A program made the position numbers and the translations under genes. 52,387 bases of DNA from a bacterium (GTDB lineage Bacteria; Patescibacteriota; Saccharimonadia; Saccharimonadales; DATKHC01), in NCBI GenBank assembly GCA_021781215.1, contig JAJXXC010000007.1, positions 1-52,387 of the forward strand, in the 5' to 3' direction. How positions within the stretch are numbered: the first letter of the stretch is position 1; each line of letters opens with the position of its first letter. Below, piece by piece: positions 1 to 10,271 of this stretch. Below the pieces are notes generated by a model. It was given only the letters and a program-made list of their open reading frames with translations, had not been told where the DNA came from and searched no databases.

Positions 1-2
1 CT

Positions 3-140
3 ACCTTCCCAGACGTTAACTCCAACCATACAACCATCAATAACTTTACAGTTTACTACCATCCAGCTTCTACCAATAGACTACGTGGAGGAGCTACCTT
101 CAGTAATGGTAGCCTACAAACATTGGATACACCGCCGTAG
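3..140 (+). CDS. 3' end of a gene entering the window, probably a large surface/secreted protein
   Basis: Frame 3 is open from the window edge to TAG at 138-140: TFPDVNSNHTTINNFTVYYHPASTNRLRGGATFSNGSLQTLDTPP. It is followed by the ino1 promoter. The product call is an inference from composition and the C-terminal motif. Confidence 0.55.
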   Translation, partial: TFPDVNSNHTTINNFTVYYHPASTNRLRGGATFSNGSLQTLDTPP

Positions 141-195
141 GGAATATTCTGGTATAATAATATAAATCAATATTCAAAGAATTAATTGAAACAAA

Positions 196-1320
196 ATGGT
201 ATCAAAATATAAAAGTAATAAAATTAAAATTGCCGTCGTTGGGGTTGGCAATTGTTTCTCAGCTCTTTATCAGGGGTTTTCTTATTATAAAGACCATAAA
301 GATGAAGATGTTCCAGGACTAATGTTTAAAGACATCGGTGGTTATGCCCCGACTGATATAGAAGTGGTTGCCGCCTTTGATGTTGACGAACGTAAAGTCG
401 GTAAGCCAGTTGGTCAAGCTATATTTGAAAAACCAAACTGCGCTAGAGTTTTTATGCCAGAAGTCCCAGCTGGGCCAAAAGTTCAAATGGGAAATGTTCT
501 GGACGGGGTTTCGGATTATATGTTGGCACAGCCTGAAGATGAATCTTTCAGGCTATCTGAAATTGATACGGTTGACGTGGTACAGGCCATTAAAGATAGC
601 GGTGCGAGTATACTTGTTAATTATTTACCGGTTGGTTCTCAGAAAGCTACTGAGTTTTATGCCCAGGCAGCAATTGATGCCGGTGTGGCATTTTTAAATT
701 GTATTCCAGTATTTATTGCCAGTAATCCAGTCTGGGAGAAAAAATTTATTGACGCAGGGCTACCTATTGTTGGTGATGATATGCGCAGTGCTTTTGGAGC
801 CAGTATTCTTTCTCAAGTATTACAGGAACTGGCTTTTGATAGAGGTTTTGCGGTAGATTTTCATCAACAAATTAATATTGGCGGTAATACCGACTTTAAT
901 AATATGATGGTTCAGTCAAGGCTGTCTTCTAAAAAAGAATCTAAAGAGAATGTGATTAAAGCCCAGAATGAACTACGAGGCATACCAATTGAGGCCAATA
1001 GTTTATTCGCTGGTCCAAGTACTTACATTCCCTACCTTAAAGATAATAAGGTCGCTTACTTTAATTTAAGACTTCGAGGTTTTGGTGGCCAACCGGTCAC
1101 TCTAGATATAAAGCTGTCTGTCCAGGATTCTGAAAATAGTGCCGGAGTAGTAATTGATGCGATCAGGTATCTGCAAGTTGCCCGAGAGCTGGGTGTAGTC
1201 GGAGCTCTTAGAGGTCCTAGTGCTTGGACTCAGAAGACGCCACCTCAACAAATGATGTATGCAGATGCAAAAGCTGCCTGTGAAGCATTAGCCAAGCGAC
1301 AACTGCCTGAACAGAATTAA
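196..1320 (+). CDS. ino1: myo-inositol-1-phosphate synthase
   Basis: Rossmann motif IAVVGVGNC, NYLPVGSQKA, GDDMRS, QINIGGNTDFNNM, SKKESK and DSENSAGVVIDAIR are typical of prokaryotic Ino1. Extended -10 TGGTATAAT at 150-158. Confidence 0.95.
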   Translation: MVSKYKSNKIKIAVVGVGNCFSALYQGFSYYKDHKDEDVPGLMFKDIGGYAPTDIEVVAAFDVDERKVGKPVGQAIFEKPNCARVFMPEVPAGPKVQMGNVLDGVSDYMLAQPEDESFRLSEIDTVDVVQAIKDSGASILVNYLPVGSQKATEFYAQAAIDAGVAFLNCIPVFIASNPVWEKKFIDAGLPIVGDDMRSAFGASILSQVLQELAFDRGFAVDFHQQINIGGNTDFNNMMVQSRLSSKKESKENVIKAQNELRGIPIEANSLFAGPSTYIPYLKDNKVAYFNLRLRGFGGQPVTLDIKLSVQDSENSAGVVIDAIRYLQVARELGVVGALRGPSAWTQKTPPQQMMYADAKAACEALAKRQLPEQN

Positions 1321-1411
1321 TTAAGCTTGGGATTAATATTTAAGCTCTAATGCTTGCATGTTTAATAAATTTGGTAGATAATTTTATCCTAATTTAAAAA
1401 GGAAAATATTA

Positions 1412-1981
1412 ATGTCAGAATCAGTAGTTAGTATGCACGCCGAAGTTCCGTTTAGCTTCCCCTATTCAATAGTCAGTACACTTGAGCAAGCCCAGATTAT
1501 AACTACTAAATTATCTGCTATTAGCGGTCGGTTCCCGATTGTTGGTGTCGATAGATCAGTCAGCTTCAGAGAAGAATTAGATAATTTATCGTTCGAAGTT
1601 GGTAGAATACACGCCTCGTTGATATTTAATTTAATGCACTATAGCGAACAAACTAACGAAGAGCTTAGCTCGGAAGAATTAATATATTTCGATAGTTTGA
1701 TTAAAAATATTGATAATATTAGAGGTTTTGATTTCGAAACTCCTAATAAAGAGGTTAATCGATTTAGATCATTAACTCCCGGGTCGTACGTGGCTTTTAT
1801 TGAATCGGGCGAGGCTTCTGGCTCAGTACTAGAAGGTGTACTAGATAATTTCCCGGTCGCACACTTAGAACCTGACTTTGATGAGAATACTATAGACGTA
1901 AACGTCAATTATCGGTTTAGTGACCAGAGAGAAGTCTCTAGATTATGGAGCGAAGCTACTGTAATTAAATTAATTAGATAA
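1412..1981 (+). CDS. hypothetical protein (189 aa)
   Basis: Long ORF with AAGGA upstream and a promoter-like -35/-10 at 1354-1382; no recognisable motif. Confidence 0.75.
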   Translation: MSESVVSMHAEVPFSFPYSIVSTLEQAQIITTKLSAISGRFPIVGVDRSVSFREELDNLSFEVGRIHASLIFNLMHYSEQTNEELSSEELIYFDSLIKNIDNIRGFDFETPNKEVNRFRSLTPGSYVAFIESGEASGSVLEGVLDNFPVAHLEPDFDENTIDVNVNYRFSDQREVSRLWSEATVIKLIR

Positions 1982-1994
1982 TGATCAGAAGCCT

Positions 1995-2792
1995 ATGAAC
2001 CAAGCAGAACGAGAAGTGCCCCTATATTCAATTGGTAATTATCAGAGTGATGGATTAACTTGCAAAGTAAATTTGCCAGAATTTATTTCATTTGATCATA
2101 CACATTTTAACGCTCAACGAATAAAAACTTTTGCCCGTATTGCTGGACTAGATAATCTTTATATTTATTCTGAACCAGGTGAGGTGTCTGAATATGAGTT
2201 TAATTTAGATAGGATAAATGCTGATGGTACGGCAGTTATGGATGCGAGCCATGAGATGTTGGTTCACAAAGCCGTACTTTCTTCTGGCATGATAGCCAAG
2301 CATGAGCATCAGGAGTATGAAAAATTTTCAGATTTTTCCTGGGGTGACGGCATAATTAAGGTTAATTCTTCCGAACTTAATGATCGAGTTCTTCGGCTAG
2401 CCGATAAATATAAAATGGCTAATGCGCAACATCTATGGAGTTTGTTATTAAATGAGGTGATCGCTGACGGAATTTATCAAGTGGCCAAAGAGAATTTAGC
2501 CGGTGATAATGTTTCGCCACTTAATAGAGCTGCTTTTTGGGCAACTATGTCGGAATTAGGGCTATTTTCGGTACTGAATGAATCTTTCAGGCGCAGTATT
2601 GAGTCAAAAACTATCTATAGTTTGGGAGTTTTGGCGCTAGATCAGGCTATGATGGTAGGCTCAAGTATGATTTTTGGCAAGAATTCGATTCGTGACTGGA
2701 GGTGGTCTCTAATACCGGGTTATCAGCTTGATAGAATACTCTTGGCTAGGATAATACCGAAACTATTGCCTGTTGTAACAGTGAATTTGTAG
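1995..2792 (+). CDS. hypothetical protein (265 aa)
   Basis: Long ORF 13 nt after the previous stop; hydrophobic C-terminal third; no recognisable family. Confidence 0.75.
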   Translation: MNQAEREVPLYSIGNYQSDGLTCKVNLPEFISFDHTHFNAQRIKTFARIAGLDNLYIYSEPGEVSEYEFNLDRINADGTAVMDASHEMLVHKAVLSSGMIAKHEHQEYEKFSDFSWGDGIIKVNSSELNDRVLRLADKYKMANAQHLWSLLLNEVIADGIYQVAKENLAGDNVSPLNRAAFWATMSELGLFSVLNESFRRSIESKTIYSLGVLALDQAMMVGSSMIFGKNSIRDWRWSLIPGYQLDRILLARIIPKLLPVVTVNL

Positions 2793-2862
2793 GCCAACCA
2801 TTTTTCTGTAGCGTATTACTAGTGCTTGCATAATTTAAACAATGTATTAATCTTAGCTTAAT

Positions 2863-3255
2863 ATGGAAAAACATTCAGATTCCGAACATCAAATGGAGGA
2901 TAGGATTTTAGACCTATTATCTGAGCCTCTAGTTGCTGGTCAGTATGAGAACATCAAAGACGGCATAGTTGTAGCTAAAGTAGATATCAAAGATATCGCC
3001 GGTGGCCAGTTCATTAGTGTTGAGTCAAAAAATGTTGATGAGGAAACAATGACATACATTACAGTTTCCCGGCAGACGGATACTAAACAGGTTTTATCGG
3101 TTTCGGCTATGCAGCTTATTAAGTCAGGTCGTCGAGACGTTGTTTATTTGTATTACCCTGGCTCTGAAACTGTTAGCGATTTAATTAACATATCTAATTT
3201 AAATATGTTAGTTGAGTTAGTAATTGAGTCTCAAACGCAGGCTAAAGATATTTAA
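2863..3255 (+). CDS. hypothetical protein (130 aa)
   Basis: ORF preceded by its own TTGCAT...TAATCT promoter-like sequence. Confidence 0.7.
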   Translation: MEKHSDSEHQMEDRILDLLSEPLVAGQYENIKDGIVVAKVDIKDIAGGQFISVESKNVDEETMTYITVSRQTDTKQVLSVSAMQLIKSGRRDVVYLYYPGSETVSDLINISNLNMLVELVIESQTQAKDI

Positions 3256-3272
3256 TTTAGGAGTATGATGAT

Positions 3273-3644
3273 ATGTATATGACTAGTAATAAAACAGTAG
3301 AAGTTAGTAAATCGTTTAAAGCAGACAGGAAGATTTTGGCTAAATTAATTGACCCAGAAAACCTTATGATCCCTCAAGCATGTGAAGACTGTACATATAG
3401 ATCAAACGAATGCGCGGCTGGTGTGGCTGCTAATATAGTTACTGACGCCGAAGCCTACACCCAGGATCAGAGATTGTTTATTGGCCAGGAAGTTACTCAG
3501 TTATTTAGAGAAGCTATGGTTTTACCAGAATTAGTCAGAGTCGCTTATATGTGCGTTGATAGGATTGATTCTGGCGGCGGATTGCAGGATTTCGATTTCG
3601 AACAGATTATAGAACAGAGCCGTTTAAGAAATTCTGATATCTAA
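3273..3644 (+). CDS. hypothetical protein (123 aa) with Cys cluster CEDC-x6-C
   Basis: AGGAG upstream; CxxC-x6-C plus a distal Cys suggests a metal site. Confidence 0.7.
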   Translation: MYMTSNKTVEVSKSFKADRKILAKLIDPENLMIPQACEDCTYRSNECAAGVAANIVTDAEAYTQDQRLFIGQEVTQLFREAMVLPELVRVAYMCVDRIDSGGGLQDFDFEQIIEQSRLRNSDI

Positions 3645-3655
3645 AACTAAGATCT

Positions 3656-4966
3656 TTAGTTAAATTTTTTTCTGTAGTAATCCACTAATTGATTAAGCGG
3701 AATTTCTTCTTGAGTGTTTTTTGCTAAGTTTTTAGCGATGAAGGTTTTTTTCTGTTTTTCGGTTTCGCCATATAATAATACTTCTGCTACTCCTAATCTA
3801 TCTATGTCTCTAAGTTGATTTTTTAATCGACTATCTTGGTAGATAATCTCGGTAGATATATTATTATCTCTTAAATTTTTGGCTATTTTAAATCTATCGC
3901 CATCTAGATTTGGACTTAAATTAACGATATATACTTTAGTTTTCGTTTTTAGATTGCTCATTAGATCAAGTTGTTTCATGCCTTCAAGCAACCTATCCAC
4001 GCCGATTGAGGTGCCGATGGCCGGAAGATTCGGTCCACCCAATTGTTCGATTAATTTGTCGTATCTACCACCGCTACAAACACTACCGATATCTGTTAGT
4101 TTTCTAATCTTGGTTTCAAAAATTGTCCCAGTGTAATAGCTAAGACCTCTGGCTATGGTCTGATCAAAGGTAATTTGGTTTTCGTTGTACCCTGCTAGGT
4201 AGAGGGTGTCTAGAATACTAATCAATTCACTACAGGCCTCGGCAGTTGGTTTATCTCCTATAATTTTAGAGACCTCAGTAATTTTCTGTTGGCTAGTGCC
4301 TTCTATGGATAAAAATTGATCAACTAATTTTCGTCCACTTTCGCCAATCATTTTTTCTATTTCACGCAGCACCGTAGGTTTGCCGATTTTATCAATTTTA
4401 TCGATAATGCCAACTAATTTAATAAATTCCTTTTGAGTATCAATTCCACATTTTCGAGATAAGCCATCTAGTATCCTTCGGTCATTGACGTAGATAGTAG
4501 TCTCGACTCCTATTGTATCCATAGCATCACTCATCATCGCTAGGATCTCGATGTCGGCAGTGTAGCTGGAAGTGCCGACAATATCGGCATCAAATTGGGT
4601 AAACTCCCTAAATCTACCAGCTTGTGGGCTTTCCCCCCTCCAAACGTCACCTACGGCGTATCTTTTATATGGCTTGGGTAATGTTTCGCTATATTGAGCC
4701 ATAACTCTAGCTAGGGGCACGGTTTGGTCGTATCTAAGAGCAACTTTTCGCCCACCATTGTCTTCAAAGGAATACATCAGCTTATCACCCTCTTCGCCAT
4801 ACTTGCCACTGAGAGTTTCTAGCAGTTCAAGAGCCGGGGTTTTTAGTGGAACATAACCGTAGAGCTCATAGACTGATTTAATTTTAGTTAGTACCTCATC
4901 CCGATTAAGCATTTGCTCGGATAGCAGATCTCTAAATCCAGATAGAGGTCCTGATGTTTTTACCAT
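3656..4966 (-). CDS. hisS: histidine--tRNA ligase
   Basis: LRYDQTVPLAR, motif 2 WRGESPQAGRFREFTQFDADI, ARGLSYYTG, GGRYDKL and GTSIGVDRL. Confidence 0.98.
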   Translation of the reverse strand: MVKTSGPLSGFRDLLSEQMLNRDEVLTKIKSVYELYGYVPLKTPALELLETLSGKYGEEGDKLMYSFEDNGGRKVALRYDQTVPLARVMAQYSETLPKPYKRYAVGDVWRGESPQAGRFREFTQFDADIVGTSSYTADIEILAMMSDAMDTIGVETTIYVNDRRILDGLSRKCGIDTQKEFIKLVGIIDKIDKIGKPTVLREIEKMIGESGRKLVDQFLSIEGTSQQKITEVSKIIGDKPTAEACSELISILDTLYLAGYNENQITFDQTIARGLSYYTGTIFETKIRKLTDIGSVCSGGRYDKLIEQLGGPNLPAIGTSIGVDRLLEGMKQLDLMSNLKTKTKVYIVNLSPNLDGDRFKIAKNLRDNNISTEIIYQDSRLKNQLRDIDRLGVAEVLLYGETEKQKKTFIAKNLAKNTQEEIPLNQLVDYYRKKFN

Positions 4967-5046
4967 AGTATCTCTTGTTAATTTACAGAGCTAATTATAT
5001 AGATTAGCAACTATTACTACAAACTGTTGTCAATACTCTAGTGGGA

Positions 5047-6246
5047 TTATTTATAGCTAATAGCGCTTGAGCTGCCAACAACAGTAATCCAAGTTTGTCC
5101 AACATTTAGTTGAACCGGAACATTGTTTAGCGTCGTGAAGACAATTTGACTGGTTGGACTAGCTTTTGTCCAGTTAGCTTGAGTCATAGTTCCATCCTGG
5201 AAAATGTCAGCGGTACCACTACCAATATCTGAATAAGCTACATAATTTGCACCCGTGGAATCAAGCGGTCCGTATGTCCAAGGAACAATCATGGCTATAA
5301 CTACTTTTGGATCCAGCTGTGCATTGGTGTTTGCATCTATCATTGGGGCACCAGCCTCCGATCTTAAATAGCTATTATTGGCGGGGTTGTAGACATAGTT
5401 AACTGCGAAATCTGCGTACGATAAATTTAGATCTATATTAGTAGCGTTAGGCACTTTTGCTGGTTGGTCAGCTTTTCTAGGGAAGCCTGTAAAACTAGAA
5501 TATCCATAACCCAGGCTAGATTCTAGGTTAAGTAATGTACTCATTGAAGTGTAGACGTTATGAGGTGCTATTCTGCTGGTTATTCTCGTAAAACTGTTCC
5601 CATGGTAGAACTGATTTATATCTTTAACATTGTCGGCTTGAATTTGGGATAGTGCTGCTGGGCTGCCACCAACATGAACATAGCTAGAATTAAAACCGAG
5701 TTCCCAGTCTACGAAGTATGGCCTAGCGCTTCGGATGGGGCCAATTGAGCTAGGTTGTCCTTCTTGATATAAAGCCATAAATCTAGTAACCCCGCCCTCG
5801 GCTAGAGCCTCAAAAACTACACCGGCTTGTGATAATCCAGACTGAGGTCTAGCAGCATCACTATTCTCAATCATGACTGCTGTTACGGGTAGGACACTTT
5901 CGGCTTTGGTAACCACAGCCCCAGTTAATGGGGAGTGATAAATTATAGGCTTAACAGTCGCGACTTTTTTAGTAGTTATTAGGACTGGTTTATTGGCCGG
6001 TTTAGTGGTTAGAACCAGTGCAACTACAACGGTAACAATAATTAAAACCAGGCCACTAATTAGATAATGCTTCTTAGTAAATTTAGATAGTAGATGCTTG
6101 GGTAATTTTTGATTTTCTTTAGTTGGTTTTATCGGATCGTCTTTTTTAATCTCTTCAGTTAGATGATCGTTGCTATCAATTGTGAAATTAAGATCAGCTT
6201 CAGGCTCTTTGTGCTTAACTTTTGGTAATTTAGTTAAATCGTCCAT
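5047..6246 (-). CDS. DUF3048 (YerB-like) membrane-anchored protein
   Basis: Single TM helix, then SPLTG, AVMIENSDAARPQSGL, EGGVTRF, GPIRSARPY and APHNVY. Confidence 0.85.
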   Translation of the reverse strand: MDDLTKLPKVKHKEPEADLNFTIDSNDHLTEEIKKDDPIKPTKENQKLPKHLLSKFTKKHYLISGLVLIIVTVVVALVLTTKPANKPVLITTKKVATVKPIIYHSPLTGAVVTKAESVLPVTAVMIENSDAARPQSGLSQAGVVFEALAEGGVTRFMALYQEGQPSSIGPIRSARPYFVDWELGFNSSYVHVGGSPAALSQIQADNVKDINQFYHGNSFTRITSRIAPHNVYTSMSTLLNLESSLGYGYSSFTGFPRKADQPAKVPNATNIDLNLSYADFAVNYVYNPANNSYLRSEAGAPMIDANTNAQLDPKVVIAMIVPWTYGPLDSTGANYVAYSDIGSGTADIFQDGTMTQANWTKASPTSQIVFTTLNNVPVQLNVGQTWITVVGSSSAISYK

Positions 6247-6384
6247 TTATTTGATCAGTTGATTATTCTTTCTAAAACTATAAACCGCTAATGATGTTAT
6301 TATTCTAGCAGGATGTGGCAGCAAAATCACTAGTCATAAATTTATAATGACTGTTTTTGGGGTATAATCAACTAAAATAAGTAT

Positions 6385-8820
6385 ATGCGAAAGCAACGAA
6401 CTAATATTGACAAGAAGGTTCGGGGAAAACTACTTCTACTTCAGGTGCCTCGTACTAATGATAAATTGATGGAGTCGACCGAGTATTTGTTGTCATCACT
6501 GTTTACTTTACTGGATAATAATATAGTTGGTGGCAAACATAAACAGCGGATTAGTTTAGAAATTGCGGTTTTAAATAAAATCATTGGTTTCTATATTTGG
6601 ACGCCAGCGCCTATAAGGCAATTGGTTGAAGAACAGATATACTCTCAATATCCAATGGCTCAAATCTCTGAAGCCAAAGACTATGTTAATTTGGACTCAG
6701 TTGAATCTCAGTTAATTAGCGAGATTAGATTAGCTCATGACGATACACTACCAATCAAGTTTGGGGCGGAATTTAAAGTTGATCCACTGCTATCAATGGC
6801 GGCAACTCTATCTGAGCTAAAAGATGACGAACAAGCATGGATTCAAATAATTATTACACCTGCTGCTTCGAGTTGGCATAATGAGGCGTTGAAATATTCA
6901 GAAATGCTTAAGCATCCAACTCCATCTATTATGAAAACTATTCTTGGTATAACCAATCTCAAGGTCAGCGACACCAACATGGATCGTTCGAAGGCAGTTA
7001 TTACGAAGAGTCAGAAGCCGGCATTCAAAACGACGATCAGGATAGTCTACCGCGGCAACTCTAAATTGCTTCAAGCTAAAATCAGGTTGCAGGCTATAGC
7101 CGCTTCGTTCATGCAGTTCAACACCCCAAACTACAATTCTTTTAGCCAGATCTATTTAGGCAGTAAGAATGAATTTATTGGGGATTACCATCTTCGACAA
7201 CCATCTCCTTATGTCTCGATATTAAACACCGAGGAATTAGCCGGCATTTATCACCTGCCTCACTCGAAGATTGGGACACCAAATATTAGCTGGAGTGATT
7301 CAAAAATGGTTGAGCCCCCCACAAATCTACCGACTATAGACGAAGACACGCCGGATGCTCTGAAGCCCGAAGTATCAGAAATTGCTTTCACCAATTATAG
7401 GGGCAAACAAACGATTTTTGGCTTGCCTCGTGCTGATCGGTCTAGACACTTGTATATTTTAGGCCAAACCGGAGTTGGTAAGTCCGCTCTACTAGAGTTA
7501 CTGACTATAGCTGATATTAATAGCCCCTATGGTTTTGCCATCATTGACCCGCATGGTGACTATGCGATTAATGTCCTGAGGCGAATTCCAAAAAATCGAA
7601 TTAAAGACGTAGTTTATGTTAATCCGGCTGATATTGAATATCCGATAGCATTCAATCCGTTAGAAATATATGATCCAAGGTTAAAAAATCATATATGTGG
7701 CGAATTGCTGAATGTCTTAAAACCGATTTTCGAAGGCTGGAATCCTAGGCTGGAGTATATGTTAAGAAATTCAATTTTAGCACTACTAGACTATCCCGAT
7801 GCTACCATGTTGGATATCCCAAGGTTGCTTATGGACGCTGAATTTAGAGAACAAGTAATGGCATTCATTAAAGATAGAATTGTCGCTCATTTTTGGACAG
7901 ACGAATACGAACAATGGAGCCAAGATTATTTACAGATTGCCATTGAGCCAATCTTAAATAAGATCGGCGAGTTTACTACTAACCCAATCATTAAAAATAT
8001 AATTTCACACCCTAAGAGCAGTTTTAATATTCGCCAAATTATGGACGAGGGTAAGATTTTGATTGTTAATTTGTCGCAGGGTTTAATTGGAGAGGAAAAT
8101 GCCACCCTGCTAGGGTCGTTGATTGTTTCCAGTATTCAAAGGGCAGCTATGAGTCGAGCTGACATTGAAGACATTGATCTGCGAGTTCCTTTCTATTTAT
8201 ATGTTGATGAGTTTCAAAATTTTGCTACAGACTCATTCAAGACTATTTTGAGTGAAGCTCGCAAATACGGGCTGATGTTAACTATGGCTAACCAGTATAT
8301 TGATCAAATGTCGGTTGGCGTCCAGGAGGCTATTTTTGGCAACATTGGTTCAATTATTGCCTTTAGGCTAAGTGCTAACGATGCCAGTTCAATGATTAAA
8401 TATTTTGAGCCTAACTTTACGGACCATGACTTAGTTCACTTACATAATCGACATATTGCGGTCAATATGACAATTGCTGGGCAACGGGTACCAGCCTTTT
8501 CTGCTGAAACAATAAATCTGCCGGCAATAGTTGATAATAATGCTAAGGAGATTATTGCCGCTAGCCGAACAAAATTTGCTGTTACGTCCAGTGGTGTTGA
8601 TTCAAGAATCCTCTATATGTCTAAATCTAATCTTAGAAAAACCCAGGTTAATAAAACTGAATTAGCTAAAGATATTGGCCACTATGTGCGTACTAAAACT
8701 ATCTCTACGCCAGACATTAAAAAACCCAAAAAACCAAGTGCTGTTAAAAAACTTCTATCAAGACACCTGCCTTCAAAGGTAATCGATCTGGATGAAGACC
8801 AATCAGTTAGATTTCACTAG
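6385..8820 (+). CDS. TraD/VirD4-like (type IV coupling protein / HerA-FtsK superfamily) ATPase
   Basis: RHLYILGQTGVGKS (Walker A), IIDPHGD, LYVDEFQNF (Walker B), SEARKYGL and ANQY. Its 3' end overlaps gltX by 18 nt. Confidence 0.9.
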   Translation: MRKQRTNIDKKVRGKLLLLQVPRTNDKLMESTEYLLSSLFTLLDNNIVGGKHKQRISLEIAVLNKIIGFYIWTPAPIRQLVEEQIYSQYPMAQISEAKDYVNLDSVESQLISEIRLAHDDTLPIKFGAEFKVDPLLSMAATLSELKDDEQAWIQIIITPAASSWHNEALKYSEMLKHPTPSIMKTILGITNLKVSDTNMDRSKAVITKSQKPAFKTTIRIVYRGNSKLLQAKIRLQAIAASFMQFNTPNYNSFSQIYLGSKNEFIGDYHLRQPSPYVSILNTEELAGIYHLPHSKIGTPNISWSDSKMVEPPTNLPTIDEDTPDALKPEVSEIAFTNYRGKQTIFGLPRADRSRHLYILGQTGVGKSALLELLTIADINSPYGFAIIDPHGDYAINVLRRIPKNRIKDVVYVNPADIEYPIAFNPLEIYDPRLKNHICGELLNVLKPIFEGWNPRLEYMLRNSILALLDYPDATMLDIPRLLMDAEFREQVMAFIKDRIVAHFWTDEYEQWSQDYLQIAIEPILNKIGEFTTNPIIKNIISHPKSSFNIRQIMDEGKILIVNLSQGLIGEENATLLGSLIVSSIQRAAMSRADIEDIDLRVPFYLYVDEFQNFATDSFKTILSEARKYGLMLTMANQYIDQMSVGVQEAIFGNIGSIIAFRLSANDASSMIKYFEPNFTDHDLVHLHNRHIAVNMTIAGQRVPAFSAETINLPAIVDNNAKEIIAASRTKFAVTSSGVDSRILYMSKSNLRKTQVNKTELAKDIGHYVRTKTISTPDIKKPKKPSAVKKLLSRHLPSKVIDLDEDQSVRFH

Positions 8821-10242
8821 ATACTCAATCAATTGGTTAATTCGACCCAAGGTTTTTTCTTTGCCCAGAAGACTAATGGTTTCAGCCAGTGGTGGTGATG
8901 CAGGCGCTTGAGTAGTTGCGATTCTGATTAAACTAAATAAAACTTTTGGTTGTTGGTTAGTTTTTTCTAGTAGTCGGTTCAGGCAATCTACTAAATTTTT
9001 TAGCTGAAAATCATTACTTTCTAACTCTGCTACTGACGCGATTAATAATTCCTTCAGGTCGGACTTAGAAATTTTAGACAAAACTTTGTTTTCATCAATA
9101 AGTTTAATGTTAATCGGTAGATCTTCGAAAAAGAAGTTGGTTAGCACAGGTATCTCAGCAAGATATTTGAGCCGTTCTTTTATAAGGCCTAAGACTGACT
9201 GGACGTATGTATCGTCAAAATTCTTAGACGAGTCGGGTAGATAATTAGTAGACAGCTTAAACAGCTCTAAATCATTTAATTTTCTTATATAGTGACCGTT
9301 TAGCCACAATAATTTATCTTCGTTAAAATGAGCACCACTTTTTTGAACTCGGCTTAAGTCAAATTTTTCAATCAGTTGTTCGGTGCTATAAATCTCGTCT
9401 GTAGTGCCGTCATTCCATCCCAGGCTGACAATCATATTAATCATCGCTTCAGGCAAAATACCCATTCTTTGATAATCCAAAACCTGTTTTGCGCCTTCTC
9501 TTTTACTCAGTTTACGGTCATTATCTTGATTTAATACCGGTGGTGGGGTTGCAAAAATTGGTAACGGAATTTTAAGAGCTTCATATAAATTTAAGAATTT
9601 AGGAACGCTTGGAATAAATTCCTGAGATCTAATAAGATGGGTTATTTCCATCAAGTGATCATCAATAATATGACAAAAATTATAGGTTGGATACCCATCA
9701 GATTTAATAATTATAAAATCATCAACTGACTCAGGCCCAGCACTTAATTTACCCAGAACAAGATCATTCCATTGATAGGTCTTGGGGTCGGATTTAAATC
9801 TTAGCGGTTGGCTACCATCCCATTTTGGTGGATTATCTGGCCGATGGTTTCTAAATAAGAATGGTTTTTTCTGTTGTTTGGCTTGGTCGCGAAGCTGGTC
9901 TAGTTGATCCTTGGTATAGGGATCGGCATAGGCTCTACCATTTTCAATCAGTTTATTCGCCCACTGGTGATATATCGGTAGTCTTTGGCTTTGAATATAT
10001 GGTCCGTATGGTCCAGCAATATCTGGTCCTTCAGACCAGTCTAGACCCAAGTACTTTAAGCTAGCGATAATATTATCTACTGCGCCCTCTACATTACGAA
10101 CTTGATCCGTATCTTCAATTCTAAGAATAAACTGGCCTTTGTCATGTTTTGCGACCAACCAAGCGAAAAGCGCGGTTCGAATAGCTCCTGCATGTAAGGC
10201 TCCGGTTGGGCTTGGAGCGAATCTAGTTCTAGTGGGTCTCAT
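8803..10242 (-). CDS. gltX: glutamate--tRNA ligase
   Basis: RTRFAPSPTG, HAGA (HIGH-type), LRIEDTDQ, DGYPTYNF and KLSKR. Confidence 0.98.
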   Translation of the reverse strand: MRPTRTRFAPSPTGALHAGAIRTALFAWLVAKHDKGQFILRIEDTDQVRNVEGAVDNIIASLKYLGLDWSEGPDIAGPYGPYIQSQRLPIYHQWANKLIENGRAYADPYTKDQLDQLRDQAKQQKKPFLFRNHRPDNPPKWDGSQPLRFKSDPKTYQWNDLVLGKLSAGPESVDDFIIIKSDGYPTYNFCHIIDDHLMEITHLIRSQEFIPSVPKFLNLYEALKIPLPIFATPPPVLNQDNDRKLSKREGAKQVLDYQRMGILPEAMINMIVSLGWNDGTTDEIYSTEQLIEKFDLSRVQKSGAHFNEDKLLWLNGHYIRKLNDLELFKLSTNYLPDSSKNFDDTYVQSVLGLIKERLKYLAEIPVLTNFFFEDLPINIKLIDENKVLSKISKSDLKELLIASVAELESNDFQLKNLVDCLNRLLEKTNQQPKVLFSLIRIATTQAPASPPLAETISLLGKEKTLGRINQLIEYLVKSN

Positions 10243-10271
10243 CAGATATATTATAAAGTTTAACTCGGTAA

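Noticed and set aside
1979..1995. TAATGATCAGAAGCCTA before the 265-aa orphan resembles TAATGATCGGAGCCTA (minus strand, 46180-46195) before the 175-aa orphan
   Set aside because: Only two gapped copies at different distances from the ATG; compatible with chance or with ordinary 16S-tail pairing.
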